The notes under the pieces were generated by a model. It searched no databases. It was not told the DNA's origin and saw nothing but the letters and a program-made list of their open reading frames with translations. The translations under genes and the position numbers were made by a program. From NCBI GenBank assembly GCA_965198005.1, contig CBDAOI010000004.1, positions 1,120,001-1,184,000 on the forward strand: a stretch of DNA of 64,000 bases, given 5' to 3'. Every line of letters starts with the position of its first letter. Position 1 is the stretch's first letter. Below, piece after piece: positions 59,692-64,000 of this stretch. The DNA comes from Spirochaetia bacterium (GTDB lineage: Bacteria > Spirochaetota > Spirochaetia > SZUA-6 > Bin103).

Positions 59692-60267
59692 ATGCTACCC
59701 ACGGAAACAGCCGATACTTATCCGTGGATCATGGCGGAAGCCGCGGCAGTACGCGCCACCGCGACGTTGGGCGGTGGCTGCTTCTGGTGCATCGAGGCGG
59801 TGTTCCTGCGCGTGTCCGGCGTCACCGGCGTGCGCTCGGGATACGCCGGCGGGCACACGGAGAATCCCACCTACGACCTGGTGTGCAGCGGCCGCACCGG
59901 CCATGCGGAAGTCGTTCAAGTCGAGTTCGATCCTGAGATAATCGGCTATGACCGGATCCTGGAGGTGTTCTGGCAGGCGCACGATCCCACCACCAGGAAC
60001 CGCCAGGGACATGACATCGGTTCCCAGTACCGTTCCGTCATCCTCGCCCACGACGAGCAGCAGCTCCACTGCGCCCACGCCTCGCGCGAGCGCGCCCAGC
60101 AGCAGTTCAGCCGTCCCATCGTGACGGAAATCATGCCGCTCGAGCGGTTCCATCCCGCCGAGCCCTACCATCATGACTACTACGCGCGCAATCCGTACGC
60201 CCCCTACTGCCGGGCGGTGATCGCGCCCAAGCTGCGCAAGCTGGAGCGTTCCGGAACCGCCCACTGA
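59692..60267 (+). CDS. msrA: Peptide-methionine (S)-S-oxide reductase
   Basis: GGGCFWC, SGYAGG, TGHAE, HDPT, GSQYRS, AEPYH. Confidence 0.95.
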   Translation: MLPTETADTYPWIMAEAAAVRATATLGGGCFWCIEAVFLRVSGVTGVRSGYAGGHTENPTYDLVCSGRTGHAEVVQVEFDPEIIGYDRILEVFWQAHDPTTRNRQGHDIGSQYRSVILAHDEQQLHCAHASRERAQQQFSRPIVTEIMPLERFHPAEPYHHDYYARNPYAPYCRAVIAPKLRKLERSGTAH

Positions 60268-60272
60268 GTCCG

Positions 60273-61559
60273 ATGCGCCCGCTGAACGTCGGCTTCATGT
60301 CCTTCAGATTCACCGGCACCGACGGGGTGTCGCTGGAGAGCAAGAAGTGGGCGGCGGTGCTGGAACGGATGGGCCACCGCTGCTTCTACTGCGGCGGCGA
60401 GCTCGATACCGACCCCGGCAGCTCGCTGCTGCTGCCCACGGCCCATTTCAAGCACCCGGACGTGCGCGAGATCCAGGCCGAGCTGTTCGGCACCGACGTG
60501 CGGCCGCGCTGGGTCGGCGGGCGCATCCACGAGCTGCGCGAGGAGCTGAAGCGGGGGCTGTTCGAGTTCATCGAGCGGTTCGCGATCGACGTGCTGATCC
60601 CCGAGAACACGCTGACCATTCCCCTGAACCTCCCGCTCGGGCTGGCCATTACCGAGGTGATCGCCGAGACCTGCATCCCGACCATCGCCCATCACCACGA
60701 CTTCGCCTGGGAGCGCAAGCGGTTCATGGTCAACTGCGTGTCCGACTATCTGCGGATGGCCTACCCGCCGCGCCTGAACTCGGTATGCCACGTGGTGATC
60801 AACAGCGTCGCGCGCAACCAGTTGGCCCTGCGCTCCGGCGCCAACGCGTACCTGATTCCGAACGCGATGGACTTCCACAACCCGCCGAACGGGCTGGACG
60901 GGTACAACGCCGACGTGCGCGCGGCGCTGGGCCTGGAGGAGCAGGACACGTTCGTGCTGCAGCCGACGCGGGTGGTGCAGCGCAAGGGGATCGAGCACGC
61001 GGTGGAGCTGGTCAAGCGGCTGGACGGCACGGTGCCGGGCAGGGACCGCACCGTCCTGGTGATCTCACACGCCTCCGGGGACGAGGGGTTCGAGTACGAG
61101 ACCCGAGTCAAGAGCTACACGCGGCTGCTCGGCGTGCGCGCGCGGTTCGTGGAGGATTCGATCAGCTACCGTCGCGGGACCACCGCCGACGGGCGCAAGG
61201 TCTATACGCTCGACGACGTCTATCCGCACGCCGACCTGGTGACCTACCCTTCGCTGGTGGAAGGGTTCGGCAACGCGTTGCTCGAGACCCTGTACCACCG
61301 CAAGCCGATCTTCATGAACAACTATCTGGTGTACGCGCGCGACATCCGGCCCAAGGGGTTTCGCACGGTCCTGATGGAGGAGTTCATCACCGATGACGTG
61401 GTCGAGCTCGCCCGGCGCTACCTGGCCGACGCCGAGTTCCGGCAGCGCGCGGTGGAGCACAACTTCGCGCTCGGGCGCAAGCACTTTTCCTACCGGGTGC
61501 TGGAAAACAGCCTCGCGCACATCCTGATGAGCTTCTTCGGGCTGGAGAACGACGACTGA
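60273..61559 (+). CDS. GT4 glycosyltransferase (mannosylglucosylglycerate-synthase-like)
   Basis: GTDGVSLE, HHHDF.WER, QPTRVV.RKGIE, YPSLVEGFGNA. Confidence 0.8.
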   Translation: MRPLNVGFMSFRFTGTDGVSLESKKWAAVLERMGHRCFYCGGELDTDPGSSLLLPTAHFKHPDVREIQAELFGTDVRPRWVGGRIHELREELKRGLFEFIERFAIDVLIPENTLTIPLNLPLGLAITEVIAETCIPTIAHHHDFAWERKRFMVNCVSDYLRMAYPPRLNSVCHVVINSVARNQLALRSGANAYLIPNAMDFHNPPNGLDGYNADVRAALGLEEQDTFVLQPTRVVQRKGIEHAVELVKRLDGTVPGRDRTVLVISHASGDEGFEYETRVKSYTRLLGVRARFVEDSISYRRGTTADGRKVYTLDDVYPHADLVTYPSLVEGFGNALLETLYHRKPIFMNNYLVYARDIRPKGFRTVLMEEFITDDVVELARRYLADAEFRQRAVEHNFALGRKHFSYRVLENSLAHILMSFFGLENDD

Positions 61560-61571
61560 ACCCGCGCGGCG

Positions 61572-63920
61572 TCAGCCGGACCGGTCGGGCGGCGCGGCCA
61601 GCGCGGACAGCGCGGCCAGGACCCGCGGCGGCGTCATCGGCAGCACCGTGAGGCGGGCGCCGGTGGCGTCGCGGATGGCGTTGGCCACCGCCCCGGCGGT
61701 GGCGGTCACCGGCGGCTCGCCCACGCCGCGCGCCCCGTAGATGCCGTGGTCGGAGGGCACTTCGACCAGCACCGGCTCCAGCTCGCGCGCGGCCTGGGTG
61801 ACGTTGGGCACCGCATAGTCCATGAGCGAGCCGGTCAGCAACTGCCCCTCCGCGTCGTACTGCATCCCTTCGTACAGCGCCCAGCCCAGGCCCTGCGTCG
61901 CCCCGCCCATCATCTGGCCGCCCACGGTCAGCGGGTTGATCGCCTTGCCCACGTCCTGCACCACCGCCAGGCGATGGACGGTCACCGTCCCGGTCTCGGC
62001 GTCTACCTCGACCTCGGCGAGTTGCACGCAGAACGCCGGCGAGCGGCCCGCGGGCACGGTGCGTCCGGTGCCGGTCACTGGGACGTAGGGACTGAGGAAC
62101 GCCATCGTCCGGGCCGCGATCTCGGCCAACGCCAGCTCCTTGCCCGGCACTCCCTTCACGCGCACCGCTCCGTCCGCGATCTCGAGGTCGGCCGGATCGG
62201 CCTCGAACTCGCTGGCCGCGACCCGCAGGGTCTGCTCGCGTGCCTGCCGCGCGGCGGCGAACACCGCGGCTCCCACGGTGTAGACGATCTTGCTGCCGCC
62301 GGAGGCGCCTGAGTAGTAGCCGCCGTCGCTGTCGGCGCTGATCACCCGCACCGCCGACGGGTCGACGCCGAACGCCTCGGCCGCGATCAGGGCGAACGAG
62401 GTGGTAGTGCCGGTGAGGTCGATCGAGCCCACGTGGACGTGCAGCGTGCCGTCGCGGTGCAGGGTGCAGGCGGCGGTGGCCCCTTCGACGCCGCCCAGCC
62501 AGCCGCCCATCGCCACCCCGACGCCGCGCCCCGCCCGGCGCACGGCCTCCCGGTCGCGCCAGATCGGATGCGCGCGCGCCGCTTCGAGGGTCGGGCGCAG
62601 GCCGATGTTGGGCCACGGCTTGCCGTCGGCCATCGGGTCGCCGGTGCGGGACGCGTTGCGCAGGCGCAACTCGAGCGGGTCGAGCGCCAGCGCCCGCGCC
62701 AGGTCGTCCAGCGTGCTTTCCAGCGCGAACACCTGCTGCGGCATGCCCGGCGCGCGGTAGGCGCCGGTGGAGGGCTTGTGGGTCAGCACCGCGGCGGCGC
62801 GCAGGTCGAGGTTCGCGCACTGGTACAGGCTGCCGGCCATCAGCGCCGCCATGGAGTGGGGGGTGGTCGGGAAGCAGCCGCAGTCGAAGGTGAAGTCGCC
62901 GGTGATCGCGGTCAGGGTGCCGTCGGCGGCGGCGCCGACCTTGAGCGAGATGCGCGCGGCGGGGGCGGGGATCGCCGCCAGCATCTCCTCCTGGCGGGTC
63001 AGCACCAGGCGCAACGGGGCGCCGACGGCGCGCGCCGCGAGCGCCACCAGCGGCTCGTAGAGCATGAACTTGGCGCCGAAGCCGCCGCCCACCGGCATCG
63101 GCTTGACGTGCACGTCGGATTCGGCCAGCTCCAGCACCGCGGCCACCTCCCGGCGCACCGCGAACTGGGCCTGGGTGCAGGTCCGGACCGTCACCTCGCC
63201 GGGCGGCGCGGCGGGGTCCACCACCGTGGCATGCGGCTCGAGGTAGCTCTGATGCACCATCGACGTGTCGTAGCTGCGCTCCACCACCACGTGGGCGGCG
63301 GCCAGCGCCGCCTCCGGGTCGCCGCGCCGCAGCCGGTTGACGCCGCTCAGGTTGCTGAGCGGCGCGGCCTGCCGCTCGCCGGACACCGCGGCGCCGTGGG
63401 CCGCGGCCTCGTCATCGTCGCCGGGCACCCCGTCCGGCCACACCCGCGGCGCGCCCGCCGCCAGCGCCTGGTCAATGGTCGCGGCCGCGGGCAGCGGTTC
63501 ACAGGCCAGGGTCACCGCGGGCGCGGCGTCGGCCGCGGCCTCCTCCGACTCGGCGATCACCAGCGCGACCGGCTGGCCGACGAAGATCACGCGGTCGCGC
63601 GCCAGCAGCAGGCGGGCGCGGCTGACCGGGGCCAGCGCCGGCAGATCGGCGGCCGTGAGCACCCGCACCACGCCGGGCAGCGCCGCCGCGGCCGCGGTGT
63701 CGACGCCGGTGAGGCGCGCGTGCGCGTGCGGACTGGTCACCAGCCGCGCGTGCAGCAGGCCGGGGTAGGGGAGGTCGGCGGTGTACCGCAGGGTGCCCGT
63801 GACCCGCGCGCGGCCGTCGATGAGCCGGTGCGGCCGGCCGACGTGTTTACCGCCATGGATTCTCGGATCGACGGAGTTTCTCTCCAACAGGTCGGTCTCG
63901 TTCACGGCAATTCCGACCAC
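61572..63920 (-). CDS. Xanthine dehydrogenase/CoxL-family molybdopterin-binding subunit (start uncertain)
   Basis: VTGTLRYTAD, SPHAHA, YLEPH, VGGGFGAK, AYRAPG, DVGKAINP, GARGVGEPP. Confidence 0.9.
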   Translation of the reverse strand: MVGIAVNETDLLERNSVDPRIHGGKHVGRPHRLIDGRARVTGTLRYTADLPYPGLLHARLVTSPHAHARLTGVDTAAAAALPGVVRVLTAADLPALAPVSRARLLLARDRVIFVGQPVALVIAESEEAAADAAPAVTLACEPLPAAATIDQALAAGAPRVWPDGVPGDDDEAAAHGAAVSGERQAAPLSNLSGVNRLRRGDPEAALAAAHVVVERSYDTSMVHQSYLEPHATVVDPAAPPGEVTVRTCTQAQFAVRREVAAVLELAESDVHVKPMPVGGGFGAKFMLYEPLVALAARAVGAPLRLVLTRQEEMLAAIPAPAARISLKVGAAADGTLTAITGDFTFDCGCFPTTPHSMAALMAGSLYQCANLDLRAAAVLTHKPSTGAYRAPGMPQQVFALESTLDDLARALALDPLELRLRNASRTGDPMADGKPWPNIGLRPTLEAARAHPIWRDREAVRRAGRGVGVAMGGWLGGVEGATAACTLHRDGTLHVHVGSIDLTGTTTSFALIAAEAFGVDPSAVRVISADSDGGYYSGASGGSKIVYTVGAAVFAAARQAREQTLRVAASEFEADPADLEIADGAVRVKGVPGKELALAEIAARTMAFLSPYVPVTGTGRTVPAGRSPAFCVQLAEVEVDAETGTVTVHRLAVVQDVGKAINPLTVGGQMMGGATQGLGWALYEGMQYDAEGQLLTGSLMDYAVPNVTQAARELEPVLVEVPSDHGIYGARGVGEPPVTATAGAVANAIRDATGARLTVLPMTPPRVLAALSALAAPPDRSG

Positions 63921-64000
63921 CGATTCTCGACCGGCGCAGGACGCGTGTCAATGCCGCGCATGCAAGAGCGGAACGGACGGCTTACCGGATTTGGGAGGAC

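Noticed and set aside
1-64000. CRISPR array, cas genes, tRNA, rRNA
   Set aside because: No regularly spaced repeat-spacer series or recognisable RNA gene seen by eye; tRNAscan/Infernal could not be run.

Overview
High-GC bacterial window; the signal-peptide style of the solute-binding proteins (LWAAGEEEPAAAA) suggests a Spirochaetaceae-like host, which is inference only. Both ends are ordinary: an amino-acid ABC transporter at 1-1128, and gcvH/gcvT, a SNF2 helicase, tag, ArgE-like, thioesterase, TrmJ-like, sigma-70, msrA, a GT4 and a xanthine-dehydrogenase-family subunit at 48.9-64 kb. Between them lies a ~47 kb mosaic. It holds one near-intact dppABC-type peptide/nickel ABC operon and more than a dozen fragments of paralogous dppA/B/C genes. 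These are interleaved with about ten toxin-antitoxin loci, AAA/PD-(D/E)XK nuclease genes, an Rpn gene, a four-gene DDE/ExeA-ATPase transposon, an IS110, a group II intron and many gene remnants. The most striking pattern is that remnants are 'telescoped': collinear copies with several internal deletions, often joined at short microhomologies and sometimes with small tandem duplications or inversions at the joints. The clearest case is a 1.6 kb gcvPA/gcvPB segment recopied as ~575 bp. No CRISPR array, tRNA or rRNA was seen. Family names come from recalled motifs, not database searches. Some frameshifts may be sequencing errors, and the mosaic should be confirmed against reads.
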